Below are positions 1 through 14,454 of a DNA stretch of 64,000 nt, piece after piece. The DNA comes from the human T2T-CHM13v2.0 reference genome, Homo sapiens. The stretch lies in NCBI RefSeq assembly GCF_009914755.1, contig NC_060925.1, one strand, 5' to 3'. The translations under genes and the position numbers were made by a program. Under the pieces are notes generated by a model. That model was not told where the DNA came from, did not search any database, and saw only the letters and a program-made list of their open reading frames with translations. The first letter of the stretch is position 1, and every line of letters begins with the position of its first letter.

Positions 1-39
1 ATCAGCATTTCACTACATTTTTATTATATTTTATGTATT

Positions 40-1225
40 TGTCTTACTCTTTATCGAGGTGTAATATGCATACAAAAAAGTATTACAAGTGGAGAGCTCT
101 ACGGATTTTCACAAATTTAACACACTCGTACAACCAGCACCCAGATTAAGAAACAGCACTAAGAGCACCCCAGAAGCCCTGCCTGTTCTCCCTCTTTGTC
201 CTATTCCCGTAGTATGTTGACTGTAAAAAAGCATAGTTTAGTTTTGCTGGTCCTGGTTATTTTCATATAAATGGTATCATATAGGATGTACTCTTTTGTG
301 TCAGGCCTCTTCATGAAGCTTGGGAAACTAATCCATACTTTTGCATCTTGTAGTTCTTTCATTTTAATTGTTGTATAAGCAGAGATTATAAAAAATGTGA
401 TCTGGGGACTCCTGAGGTTCCTGCAACCTTTTCCAGTGTGTTCACAAGATCTAAACCATTTTTATAAAATGGTAATATATAATATGTCTCTTCATTCTAA
501 TTCTCTCATGAGTGTACAGTGGAGTTGTCCAGAGGCTACATGATATGTAGATGATGTTCATGCATTCCTGTTTTCAAAATTTTCTCAGTTTTAATTTCCA
601 ATATAATACATGCTATAGATATAACAAAATATAAAATATAAAAACAAAAGTTCCTTGGGTTCTGCAATAATTTTTTAAAAAGTAAAATGTCCTGAGGCCA
701 AAAAGCTTGAAAATCATTACTGTAATTTTGTAACTATACCACAATTTATTTTTCATTACATTGTTGATAAGCATTGAGTTTTTCTAATTTTTGGCTATCA
801 TGAATACTGCTTCTATGAATGTGTCTTTTGGTGAACATATGGACTCATTTCTGTTGGCTACATATACCTAGGATTGGTATTGCTGGGACATGGAGTATAT
901 ATTTGGTTTCTAGTAGATACCGCCAGTTTTTCAGAATGCCTGAACCAATTTACATTCCCATCAGCAATCTATAAAACTTTCACTTGTTCTACATTCTAAT
1001 CAACACTAGATACTGTTTATAATTTTAGCTATTCTTTTGCTTGTTTAGTGGTATTATATCAGAGTTTTAATTTGCATTTCTCTGAAACAAGTGAAGTTGA
1101 GCTCCTTTATATGTACATATTGACCATTTAAATATTCTTTTGTAAATTGTTCAATTATTCTCTATGTTTTTCTACTGGGTTGTGTACCTTTTTCTTATTG
1201 AGTTGTAGGAGTTCTTTTCCTTTTT
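40..1225 (-). mobile_element. Old L1M (L1MC/ME-like) 3' region, interrupted by a DNA transposon
   Basis: Degenerate antisense L1 3' motifs (ttggctatcatgaatactgcttctatgaat, ttttaatttgcatttctctga); boundaries approximate. Confidence 0.7.
380..722. mobile_element. hAT-Charlie-family DNA transposon remnant
   Basis: Charlie-like ends and internal motifs (ggggactcctgaggttcctgcaacctttt...ttttctcagttttaatttcc...cctgaggccaaaaagcttgaaaatc). Confidence 0.55.
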
Positions 1226-1549
1226 AAATGTTTTTTTCTGCATCCATTAAAATAATCACATGTTTTTCTCTCAATATCGATATAACACTCATCCAATCCA
1301 CAGACTCCATTCAAATTTTACTAAGTATCCAAACTTTCTATTTCAGAATCACGTGTGTGTTGCACTTAGTCATCATATTTTATGAATCTCCTTCAATCTG
1401 CAATAGCTCCTCTTTTCCTCTCTTTTACATCTTTGACAGTTTCAAAAAGTCTAGCTCTTTGATTCTTTACGGTGACTTTCAAACTTAGTCCATCTGATAT
1501 TTCCACAGGACCAATTCTATAACAAGCCACAGAATTGATGCTGTGCTCT

Positions 1550-1996
1550 TGTGGTAGTCTGAATAATGCCCCCCTCCCTCAAAGATGTCCATGTCCTAGT
1601 TCAAAGAACCTGTAAACATGTCACCTTTTATGGTAAAAGGGATTCTGCAAAGGTGATTAAGTTAAGAATAAGAATCTTGAGATGGGGAAATTAACCTGGA
1701 TTATCTCAGTGGGCCCAATGTCATCACAAGGTCCTTACAAGAGGAAGGCAGGAGGATCAGAATTAGGAGAAGGAGATCTGATGATGGAAGTAAAACTTTG
1801 GAGTGGTGCAAGGAAGGGGTCATGGAAAGCAAGGAGCCTTTAGAAGCTGAAAAAGTCCAGTAATCACTCTTCTCAATGCCTCTGAAAGGAACACAGCCCT
1901 GTTGTGACATTCACTTTAGACTTCTGAGAATAAATCTGTGTTGTTTCAGGCACTAAGTTTGTGGTAATTTGTTATAGCAATAGTAGGAAGCTAATA
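1550..1996 (+). mobile_element. MLT1C/D-like MaLR solo LTR
   Basis: tgtggtagtctgaataatgcccc...caaagatgtccatgtcct start; cactaagtttgtggtaatttgttatagca...aagctaata end. Confidence 0.85.
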
Positions 1997-2153
1997 GGTT
2001 CTTTTTGGTGAATTATATCAGGAGACACTCTGGTCAGCCCTTCCCACCATTTGTACATATGTATGCAAAATGATTCCTTTTATGGCTATCAGCCAACTTC
2101 TTTCCTTAGTGTAATGTTGTATGGAACAAGAAGACAATTAAGATCTCTGTAGA

Positions 2154-2426
2154 GACCGGGCGCGGTGGCTCATTCCTGTAATCCCAACAGTTTGAGAGGC
2201 CAAGGTGAGCAGATCACTTGATATCAGGAGTTCGCGACCAGCTTGGCCAACGTGGTGAAACTCCATCTCTACTACAATATAAAAATTAGCTGGGCGTGGT
2301 GGTGTGTACCTGTAGTCCTAGCTACTTGGGAGGCCAAGGTAGAAGAATCACTTGAACCAGTAGGCAGAGGCTGCAGTGAGCCAAGATCACACCAGCCTGG
2401 GCAACAGAGCAAGACTACATCTCAAA

Positions 2427-2461
<35 letters not shown>
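2154..2461 (+). mobile_element. Alu (S/J) with (TCAA)n tail
   Basis: Dimeric Alu; tail converted to tcaa repeats; imperfect TSD aagatctctgtaga/aaatctccataga. Confidence 0.95.
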
Positions 2462-3055
2462 TCTCCATAGAGTGTATTATGGCAGAAGGCAGTCAAATTG
2501 ATGTAGTCTTAATGCAAGATTATGAAGCTTTAGTCATACCAGACAAAAAGAATTTGCTTCTGATGTTTGTTGCAAATTAGTATAAAGAAAAAAATATTTG
2601 CCAGCTCAATAGCTGCATGCCACTTATCAGGGAGTTGTGCTGATTTATTTTAGTAAAGTTACTATATCTAGAACAGCAGCTGCAGTTGGAGTTGCTTCCT
2701 GATGAAGTTTATAATCTACAGTCATTCTCTAAGATCATTTTGCATAGGCCAACCATGTGACTTAAATTAGAATAAAAGAGCTGTCAACATCTCTACATCT
2801 TTTAAGACTTTTATGATGAGGCTAACCTCTACAGTTCTCCCAGAAATCCAGTATTTTTATGATTTACTAACATAGTAGAAAATAGAGATTCCATAGGTTT
2901 TCACTTGGCCCTTCCTATAATAATGACCTTTACTCAATTGGTCAGATATCCAATGTCAGTATCTGCCAGTTGCCAATACAGCTTTTTTCAATTTTTTATT
3001 CAGGAACCAGAGAAATAATGACGGACTTACTTGGCCAAAATTCAATATATTACCT

Positions 3056-3396
3056 CAGGGGTCCCCAACCCCCAGGCCGCCTGATCAGTACCAGTTCGTG
3101 ACCTGTTAGGAACCAGGCCACAGACCAGCAGGTGAGTGGCAGGTGAGTGAGTATTATTGCCTAAATTCCGCCTCCTGCTGGATCAACAGCAGCATTAGAT
3201 TCTCATAGGAGCATGAACTCTATTGCGAACTGTGCATGCGAGGAATCTAGGTTGCACACTCCTTATGATAATCTAATGCCTGATGATCTGAGGAGGAACA
3301 GTTTCATCCCCAAACCACCAACCCCCCACCCCATTTACATGGAAAAATTGTCTTCCATGACACCGGTCCCTAGTGCCAAAAAGTTGGGGACCATCA
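3056..3396 (+). mobile_element. MER1B (hAT-Charlie MITE)
   Basis: TIRs caggggtccccaac / gttggggaccatca; 8-bp TSD tattacct/tatcacct. Confidence 0.9.
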
Positions 3397-3700
3397 TATC
3401 ACCTGACCTCCATAAGCCACCACCGTGACTGGTGGACCAAAGTGGTGATTGGATTCTCAACAGTCAGTATTTAGTAATTCCTAAAAGGATCTGGGTTCTC
3501 CTTTTCTCCATGTATAGATATCTTATTAAATAGCGACAGGTCCCTTTATGGAAAGCTTAGAAGAATCTTTACAGTGTATACTTGTGACAGAGCAACAGAG
3601 AAGATTCTCAAGGAGACCTGACCTCTCAGCACTCAAAGGACTTGGACTGTGAACTGGCTTAGGTGTGGAAACTAGGTTAAAGACAGGGGTTCTTTGTTGA

Positions 3701-4078
<378 letters not shown>

Positions 4079-4844
4079 TCTATTGATTGCTTCAAGATTA
4101 ACTAGCCACTACAAAGTCTTCTGAGTCAGAAGAATTCTGATTACCACTGTGTCCCTGTTGCCCATTACAATAAAAGCACCCACCTTGTCATATGTGATAA
4201 AGCATTGCCAACTGACCACTTCTATCCTAGGATTCTAACAATCTCAATGAAATCAGAGAGCCCCTCTTAATGGTGGCATCTCCTACTGCAATCACAGGAT
4301 GATAGGGTACAGATATAGTTCAAGCTGTTAAGGATGCTGCTGCTCCTCCCACTAATGTATTTCTTAATGCCTTGGGGAAGAAGTAATTGCTGTCTGGACC
4401 CCATTAAGTGATGAAGTGTAGGGCTTGGTAGGTGTGTAGGGCACAAATGATACATATTTTTCAGCATTCCTATATCTCCAAACCTTTGGCTTCCTTTCTC
4501 TTTAAGCTAGGAAAGATCTAACATCTCACCCTCATTAGACATAGCCCAAGTTTTAATCAATCCACCAAATACCTTTTTAGCACTACTTCCAGCTATACTC
4601 TAGAGTATCTGGCAGAAGAACTCATCAATAAATTAGACATAAGCCAAGGTTATATTCCATACTCCTTGATGTACACATTCCACCAATTTGAATTACCTAA
4701 ATTAGCAAAACCTTGCAATTATCTTAGCGTATAAACTATTTCCTCCCAGGTCAGACTTCATACTTGCCCCCATCCAAATTTGCTGAGATTGAAGTCTATT
4801 TATAGGTCTGGGAGCAACATAAGGTCATGGTGGTAAGGCTTTTT

Positions 4845-6095
4845 GAGTTTTATTTTGTTTTTAATGAATACATAATAATCGTACATATTTATATGGTATA
4901 GTGTAATGTTTTGGTACATGTATATGTTGTGTAATGATCAAATCATGGTAATTAGCATGTCCATCACCTCAAACATTTGTCATTTCCTTGTGGTGAGAAC
5001 ATTCAAAATCCTTTCTTCTAGCTATTTTGAAATATGCAATATATTATTGTTAACTATAGTCACCCTACTGTGCAATAGAACACCAGAACTTGTCCCTCCT
5101 ATCTAACTGTTAACCATCCTCTTTCCATGCCCTCCTCCTCCCTCCCCTCCCCTCCCCAGCCTCCAGTAACCACTGTTCTACTATCTACTTCTATGAGATC
5201 AACTTTTTAGATTCTACATGTGTGAGATCATGTGGTATTTGTTTTTCTGTGTTTGGCTTATTTCACTTAACATAATGTCCTCTATGTTCATCCATGTTGT
5301 TGCAAATGAAAGGAGTTTCTCTTTTTAATTGCTGAATAGTATTCCACTGTGCATATATACCACATTTTTTGTATCCATTCATCTGTTGATGAACATTTAC
5401 ATAGGTTCCATATCTTGGCTGTTACAAATAGTGCTGTAATAAAGATGGGAGTGCAGATATCTCTTCGACATGCTGATTTCATTTCCTTTGGATATATACC
5501 CAATAGTGGGATTGCTGAGTCATATGGTAGTTCTATAAAAAGGAACCTCCATACTGTTGTTTGTAATGGCTGTACTAATTTACATTTCACCAACATTGTA
5601 TAAGAGTTCTCCTTTCTCCATATCCTCACCAGCATTTGTTATTTTTTATTTTTGACAACAGCCATTCTAACTGAAGTGAGGCGTTATCTCATTCTGCTTT
5701 GATTTGCATTTCTCTGATGATTAGTGATGTAGGACACTTTTTCATATATTCTTTAGCCATTTATATGTCTTCTTTTGAGAAATGTATATTCAGATATTTT
5801 GGCCATCAGACTTTTTTTTTGTTATTGAGTTTTTTGAGTTTCTTATATATTCTGGATACTAACCCCTTATCAGATACATAGTTTGTAAATATTTTCTCCC
5901 ATTCTATAGGTTGTCTCGTCACTCTGTTGATTGCTTTCTTTGCTGTGCAGAAGCTTTTTAGTTTGAGGAAATCCTATTGGTCTATTCTTACTTTTGTTGC
6001 CTATGCTTTTGAGGTCTTGTTCAAAAAATCCTTGCTTTGATCAAATAATGAAGTGTTTCCCCTGTGTTTTTTTCCTCTATGTTTCATAGTTTCCA
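4845..6095 (-). mobile_element. L1MA 3' end (ORF2 C-terminus and 3'UTR)
   Basis: ORF 5288..5635(-) gives L1 ORF2 C-terminus ([38 protein letters not shown]); L1MA-type 3'UTR. Confidence 0.9.
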
Positions 6096-6815
6096 TTGGG
6101 GTGGGTTTTGAGTATAATGAGCATCTAATTAAGGTTATTAAAAGTTCTTCAAGCAAGAGAAGACTAGCTTCCTCAGATACAAAAGGGAAGACTGTTCCCA
6201 CTGTCAAGGAAGAGTCACAGTGAGTCAGGTTTCAATATGCTGAGATAGCTGAGTCCATCCAGATTCACCCATCCTCATGAATCCGTTACTTCCCAATGGA
6301 TCTATGGGGGCTCAAAGTTTCACATGAGAAACTTGGGGAGGCTATGACACTTCTGCAACATATAGAATTAAGTCTTGTGTTTGGTTTTGAAAATATTGAC
6401 CTTCTGGCTGCAAAATTAGAGGCTTTTTTAGGGCTCTCTAACCATGATTCAAGCTTAGTGTTTCAACATCTGAGTTTGTCATTCTCTTGAAGTGCTAGAA
6501 TACACCCACCCACACCCCCTACCCACCCCACACACACTCACATATCACAGTCCTTGCAGGACTTATTGTTATGTAACTGCCATAGAGTTAAGTGTATGAG
6601 ACACTTGATACCCTGAGGCACTTGCTGCACTAGACACACCAGTCCAATCAATCACAAATAATAATTTGACTACGAAACCACTGCATTTCATAAATTACCA
6701 GCATCTCATTTCCCAAGGCCAGAATCTCAGCACTGAATTCAAGACCAAGGAATTACCAAACCAATGCCAAAATTCCATCTTCAAAGGACTATTTCCTGAG
6801 ACAATATTGATTCCA

Positions 6816-7500
<685 letters not shown>

Positions 7501-8152
7501 TGTGGTTTTTGAGATGCACCGCCACCCTAATAAGTATGCTTAATATATTAGACAAAGAATATGCCAGAACTTGACTTTGCTCAAAAAGCAAACTATGGGT
7601 ACAAAGAACTAACTAGAGAATTATCTTTTCTAATCAAAAATAGAAGCATGATTACAAATAGGGCTAAGTTTTATGTGATGTGTGAGTCTTTGGAGATGAT
7701 TGCTATTATATCCAGTGGGAAAAAAGGGTTTCAAGTAATTAGCATTTTATTTTTACCTGTGCTTAACTTCTTTACTCCATAAGTACGCTTAAAGACCAAA
7801 AGTTGTTTTGCATTTCTCATCCACTTCAGTTTTTAAGGATTATCATTCTAAACACTGGACATTTTTAAAAATGATATAACAAAATAAGAGGAGTGATAGT
7901 CCTAAGTGACAATTAGAAAAAAATACTCTCACAACTTCCAGTGCTTGATAGCATGGCCCAAGATATCACCATCTTTCACTTGAGTTAATGATTTAGCCTC
8001 TTAAATGTTTGCCATTCCTACACACTTGTCTTTATTAGTCTATTCTTAATACACTCATCAGAGTGATCATGTTAAGGGAAGAGCTAAGTCACAGTATGGT
8101 TACATCTTTGCTCAAAACATACTGATGGCTTTCCATCTTGCTGAATATAAGC

Positions 8153-10414
8153 TGTATTTGCTGTTCTCATGCTTCTGTGAAGAAATACACAAGAGTGAGT
8201 AATTTATTAAGAAAACAGGTTTAATTGACTCACAGTTCCACATGGTTGGGGAGGCATCAGGAAACTTATAATCATGGCATAAGGCACCTCTTCACAGGGT
8301 GGCAGGAGAGAGAATGAGTGCAAGGCAGGGATTGCCAGATGCTTATACAACCATCAGATCTTGTGAGACTTACTCATTATCACGAGAACAGCATGGGGGA
8401 AACCACCTCCATGATTCAATTACCTCTACCTGGTCCCATCCTTAAAACATGGGGATTATTACAATTAAAGGTGAAAATCGGGTGGGGACACACAGCCAAA
8501 CCATATCATTCCACCCCCACCCCTCCCAAATCTCATGTCCTCACATTTCAAAACACAATCATGCCCTTCCAACAGTCCCCCAAAGTCTTAATTCATTCTA
8601 GCATTCACTCAAAAGTCCAAGTCCAAAGTCTCATCTGAGACAAGGCAAGTCCCTTCCACTTATGAGCCTGTAAAATCAAAAGCAAGTTATTTAATTCTAA
8701 GATACAATGGGGGTACAGGCATTGGGTAAATGTTCCCACTCCAAATGGGAGAAATAGGCCAAAACAAAGAGGCTACAATCCCCATGTAAGTCCGAAATCC
8801 AATAGGGCAGTCATTAAAACTTAAAGTTCTAAAATGATCTCCTTTAATTGTATGTCTCACATCCAGGTCACACTGATGCAAGAGGTGAGCTCCCACAACC
8901 TTGGGCAGCTCCATCCCTGTGGCCATGCAAGGTACAGCCCTGCCCCAGGATGCTTTCACAGGGGGGCATTGAATGCCTGCAGCTTTTCTAGGTGCACAGT
9001 GCAAGCTATTGGTGGATCTACCATTCTGGGGTCTGGGATCTGGAGGATGGTGGCCCTCTTCTCACAGCTCTACTAGGCAGTCCCCCTGTGGGACTCTGTG
9101 TGGGGTCTGCAACCCTGCATTTCCCATCCTCACTGCCATAGCAGAGGTTCTCCATGATGGCTCTGCCCCTGCAGCAGACTTCTGCCTGTACATCCAGGCA
9201 TTTCCACACATGCTCTGAAATCTAGGTGGAGGTTCCCAAACCTCAATTCTTGACTTCTATGCATCCACAGGCCCAACACCACATGGAAGCTGCCAAGGCT
9301 TGGGGCTTTCGCCCTCTGAAGCAATGGACTGAGCTGTACTCTGACCCCTTTTAGCTATGGTTGGAGTGGCTGGGATGCAGGGCACCAAGTCCCAAGGCTG
9401 CACACAGCAAGGGGGCCCTGGACCCGGCCCAGGACACCATTTTTCCCTCCTAGGCCTCCGGGCCTGTGATGGAAGGGGCTGCTGTGAAAGTCTCTGACAC
9501 ACCCTGGACACCTTTTCCCCATTGTCTTGGTGATTAACATTTGGCTCCTGATTACTTATGTAAATTTCTGCAGCAGACTTGAATTTCTCCCCAGAAAATG
9601 GGTTTTTCTTTTCTATTGCATCATCAGGCTGCAAATTTTCCAAACTTTCATCCTCTACTTCCCCTTCAATGCTTTGCCACTTAGAAATTTCTTCCACCAG
9701 ATACCCTAAATCATCTGTTTCAAGTTCAAAGTTCCACAGATCTCTAGGGCAAGGGCAAAATGCCACCAGTCTCTTTGCTAAAGCATATCAAGAGCCACCT
9801 TTGCCCCCGTTCCCAAGAAGTTCCTCATTTCCATGTGAGACCAGCTCAGCCTGGACCTTATTGTCCACATCACTATCAGCATTTTGGCCAAAACCATTCA
9901 ACAAGTTTCTAGGAAGTTCCAAATTTTCCCATATCTTCCTGTCTTCTTCTGAGTCCTCCAAACTGTTCCAACCTCTGCCTGTTACCCGTTCCAAAGTCAT
10001 TTCCAAATTTTTTAGTATCTTTACAGCAGTGCCCCATTCTATGGGTACCAATTTACTGTATTAGTCCATTCTCATGCCACTATAAAAAACTGCCCAAGAC
10101 TGCGTAATATATAAAGGAAAGAGGTTTAATTGACACACAGTTCCATATCGCTGGGGAGGCCTCAGGAAACTTACAATCATTGTGGAAGGCATCTCTTCAC
10201 AGGGCAGCAGGGGAGAGAATGAGTGCAAGCAGGGGAAATGCCAAACTCTTATTGAACCATCAGATCTCTTGAGACTTACCCATTATCATGAGAACAGCAT
10301 GGGGGAAGCCTCCCCTGTGATCCAATTACCTCCACCTGGTCCTGCCCTTGACATGTGGGGATTATTACAATTCAAGATGAGATGTGGGTGGGGACACAGA
10401 GCCAAACCATATCA
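8153..10414 (-). mobile_element. Complete THE1 (C/D-like) MaLR provirus: LTR 8153-8508, internal 8509-10056, LTR 10057-10414
   Basis: Two homologous LTRs (tgtatt...ccaaaccatatca); minus ORFs 9788..10051 and 9257..9766 match the THE1-int ORF (LEDSEEDRKIWENLELPRNLLNGF; AFCPCPRDLWNFELE). Confidence 0.93.
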
Positions 10415-10419
10415 TCAGG

Positions 10420-10902
10420 CAAAGTTGGAGTAGTAACATTAAAAGTCTCAAGACTGACATATGTTCCCTCCATCCCTAGGTCCAATGACTGCTACCTCTC
10501 TGACTCTGTCTTCTACTCCCCTTCCTCTCACTCTGTCCTCACCACATTGGTTTCTTTGCTGTAACTCAGGGCATTTGCCCTTGCAGTTCCATTTCCCTGG
10601 AATGCTCTCCTCAGATAGCTACATGGCTGTCTCTCTCACCTCCTTCAGACTTTTACTCAAATATTGGCTTTTCAGTGAGACTTTTCCTATGGTTCTAATT
10701 AAAATTTCAACACATACACAATACTCTCCTTACGTCCTTCCTGCTTTATTGTCTGATTACTCCCACTAACATTTGGGTTCCCTAAGGGCAGAGATTTCCA
10801 TTCCTTTTATTCATTTCTAGATTCCCAGCATCCTCCAGATACCTGGCTCATAGTAGGTCATTAACAAATATTCACCAAATTAATAACTACATGAGTGAAT
10901 GA
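10420..10902 (+). mobile_element. L2 3' end (its upstream part at ~8040-8150 is split off by THE1)
   Basis: ccctggaatgctctcct..., cctggctcatagtagg...aaatatt...gagtgaatga L2 terminus. Confidence 0.7.
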
Positions 10903-13829
10903 TATAAATAAAATAAACCCGGGTTTTACATCTAATTGTTGGCTGATTAGAAACAAGCCTCTCTTCATCTCTTTTTACTTGAATTTATTCCTCTGTAAAT
11001 TAAGGCCATAATACTCCATCAAACTCATGGCTTTCACCATTGATTGTGAATTCGTGTCATTTCTTAATCAAAAGCATTGAGAGAGGAGATGTTTATAATT
11101 AGAGATAAAATTCAAAATTTTGATCTGGGAGTCAAAAGACCTGGGTTGAAGACATGGAAAAGAGATCTTTGTACTTCATATTAACATAACCATAATTTCC
11201 CTCTCTACCTCATAAGATTTTTGTGAACATTGAAAGGAGAGCAGGGAACATAGTAGGTATACAGTCAATATTTTTTTCAATCCTATTTTCTCCCCTATTA
11301 GCCAGGCCAAAAAAAGAAAAAAATGTTATAGTGATAATGCTAACAACATCAATAGGAGCTATTATTACTTTGTCTCTGGGTGGTTACCTTAGTTGTAAGA
11401 TACTAAGCTTTTGGTGGATTCAGTCCACATAGGCTGATTTGTTTAACTCAGTTTCATCTTTATTGACTCTCCCCACACCTTGGCCATACCTGACTATTAA
11501 TGAAGGCTGTGTCAACTCATGCCTTTCTTGTAGTACTTTTAAAAGCAGTCTAAAGTTCAGTATCTGATGACAATTCATTCAGTGATACTATTCTGCCACT
11601 AAATTACTTTTACCACTAATTAACTCTGTAAAGGATAAAAGATTTATAACACCTGATGATTAACCTTCAGGAACTCACAGCATATTGGATTTATATAAAA
11701 AGAAGTGCATACTACATTGACTAGTTAGAATAGGGTCCTCTTAAGACAGTTGTCTGGTTATTTGTAACAAGTTTCTATATGCCACATAAGAGGCGTAACA
11801 GGATATGTTAATCAGATGTCCTTTTAAAAAAATCCACAGAGACACATTATAAAAAATTCAATCCCATTTGTAGTCACTTTTCCCATTATTGATTATAAGA
11901 TGGCAACACTAGACTTTAAATGGACTTTGCACAAGTGATTGACATTTGTCTGACTGGCAAAGTCAAGTCAGGCACCATTCTCTGGCCAATACAGCAGAGC
12001 GGAGGCGGAGTGAGAGAAACTGCATGCATGTCAGAAGCTGTGGGAGACCAGAGGGACAGGCTAAAAGTACAAAGATAACATTCAGAGAAACTTTTCCCAC
12101 ATTTTTCTCTTTTTTAAATATTAAATTACAATAAAAAAATGAAAAACATTACCTCTTGGCAGACTCTGACAACTGTAATAATCCTGTGCATTTGCACACA
12201 TTTATGTACTTAGAGCTGCACAAAACCCATGAAATAACCAGAGCAGTTATTATTCCCATTTTACAGGCTAGAAAACAGAGGCATGGAAATGACAGCTGGC
12301 TTGTTAAATTTGTGTATTGGAAAAAGACAAGAGTTTGTGATCATGTTAGGGACTAGGAGAGCAGTATGTTTTGCAGGAGTAACCCAGGAGAACCTTAGCT
12401 TTTGCGATCCCCAGAAGTAATCTCCTAGGAAAAACACTTTGCCTGGAGAATTTAACAATAGTAAACTAAACAATGTTCCAGGAATAAACGTTGGGTCTAT
12501 TTTTAGTCCAGTGGTATGCACAAGGCTAGAGTAAGCCTGAAGGAATGTTTTGTGTGATGGAGAATAAACTGAACTTATTTGGTACTGTTGCCTTTTGTCC
12601 AAGCCCTTGTCCTAGAGTCCCCAGGACCATTTATGCTTATTAGTCCTCCTTTATCTGGTGTCCTGGGAAGAAACAAGTGGTAAAATTAAAAAAAAAAAAA
12701 AAAGGCTAAATAGAACATTTTCTTATCTTCAGGGTTAAAATTGTTACTTCATTCAAAGCAATAGGGAAACAGCAGGCCTTCCACCTTTCCTTGTTATCGT
12801 TATATGTGCAGAAGTAAAGTACTCCTACTACTACAGTAGTTGCTATAACCCAAATAATGTAGTTTCTGTATTTAAGAGTAAAATCAGAGAGGCTGATATG
12901 CAAAGAAAATAAAAAAAAACCTAGAAGTTATGAGACCTGGACTCTAGAGTCATTTTTTCCCTGTAATTGTATACCCTTGGGTGATTAATTTACTTTTATT
13001 AGGACTCCATTGCTTTGTTTTGTTTTCTTGTGAAATGCAAAGATGGCGGGGGTGGGGAAGGATGGGCACTGAACTAAGTGGTTGCTTATACTTAAGATAT
13101 AGCACTCTAATTCTTTGATAGTTTTTGCTAGAAGGCTAAGGGATGAAGATTTGTCAATTGTCCATTTAAAGTAGAAGCAATTTTCTGAATTGCTTATTTG
13201 TGATGAGCAGAGACACACAACCTTAGTGTCTCTTCATTCACTGTTCATACTCAATGAAAGTTTCCTGTGCCTTCTGAAGCAAATAATGTATATCTGATAT
13301 ATTTCTGGTATACTGTTCACCACACTCTTAAAGATAAGTATAAACTTTTTGTAGGAGATGTAGTTATATACACAATAAGTCTGGGTGAAATATTTGCTGT
13401 GGTTTGAAGTTTGCATATATATTACTGTAGATTGCTTCTTCAGAGACTAGGAAATCTCTCAAGGAGGAAATGTCTCAAGGAGGAAAGGGAGTCAAGTAAC
13501 AGGTAGAAATGAATGTCATTAAATAGAAGACATGCCCAGGTACAGAACCCTGTCTCTTCAATCTGTTAATATGCTGTGCCTTCTATTTCATTAACTTACC
13601 AGTCAATGTAATAGTGTGTTACATACATTAAATACTATAGGAATCCTGTGGAGGCAGACATGCCTGTGGGCTAGGGTCATCAGAACAGGTTTCAGAAAAG
13701 AGAGAATTCTACAAGGAATTTGAAGATCAGCAGAAAATGCATAGATGGAGAAAATAAGAATAATTTTCCAGTATGAAGTACAGCATAGACCCAAATGAAA
13801 AAACAGAGTGTCTCTTTTAAAACCACTGT

Positions 13830-14400
13830 ATATTGATCACATTTAGAAAATTTAACATCGATAAAATAATACTATTTACTATTCAGCCTATGTTCACATT
13901 TTATGTCTTCTATGTCATTTTTTCCCTCTTATTCAAGATCCAATCCAAGATCAATTTCATTATTGTCATGACTCTAATTCTTCAACCTTTATGATGTTGA
14001 CATTTTTGGAGAATAAAGGTCAATTTTTAGAATTTCCTTTAATTTGGATTTTTAAAAAATATTTCTCCATGGTTAGATTTAATTATGAATCTTGAACAGG
14101 AGCACTACTTGAGTGATATTTTTTCTTCTCTGTGCATCATATCAGGAGGTACATGATTAATGACATTAACTTTGTGTCACTGTGTGTCTGGTCATTGATG
14201 ACATTACTTTGACCACCTGATTAAAATGAGATCTATGGGGTTTTCCCATTTTTCTCTTTGTAATTAATGTGATCTGTAATAAAAGATGTTTTAAAATGAT
14301 GTAAGCATCCTGTTCCTCATTAAACTTTCCCCAAATAGCTTTCCCATTCATTGAGGAGGCTATTCCTTTGCTTTAAAAATTTCCAGTGGGAGTTTGGAAA
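13830..14400 (-). mobile_element. Old L1MC-like 3' fragment
   Basis: Degenerate motifs (caagatccaatccaagatc, tgcatcatatcaggaggtacatgat, actttgaccacctgattaa). Confidence 0.6.
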
Positions 14401-14454
14401 TTTCAATGTAAACAGCCACATTATTTTAAAATAAATACTTAAATCAATAATCAG

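Noticed and set aside
8318-10433. Dense overlapping ORFs on both strands
   Set aside because: They are THE1 LTR/internal sequence; the minus ORFs are broken pieces of the MaLR internal ORF.
11560-11660. C/D-box snoRNA-like arrangement (tgatga at 11565, ctga at 11653)
   Set aside because: The C box lacks the leading purine, there is no convincing terminal stem or guide, and such motifs are common by chance.
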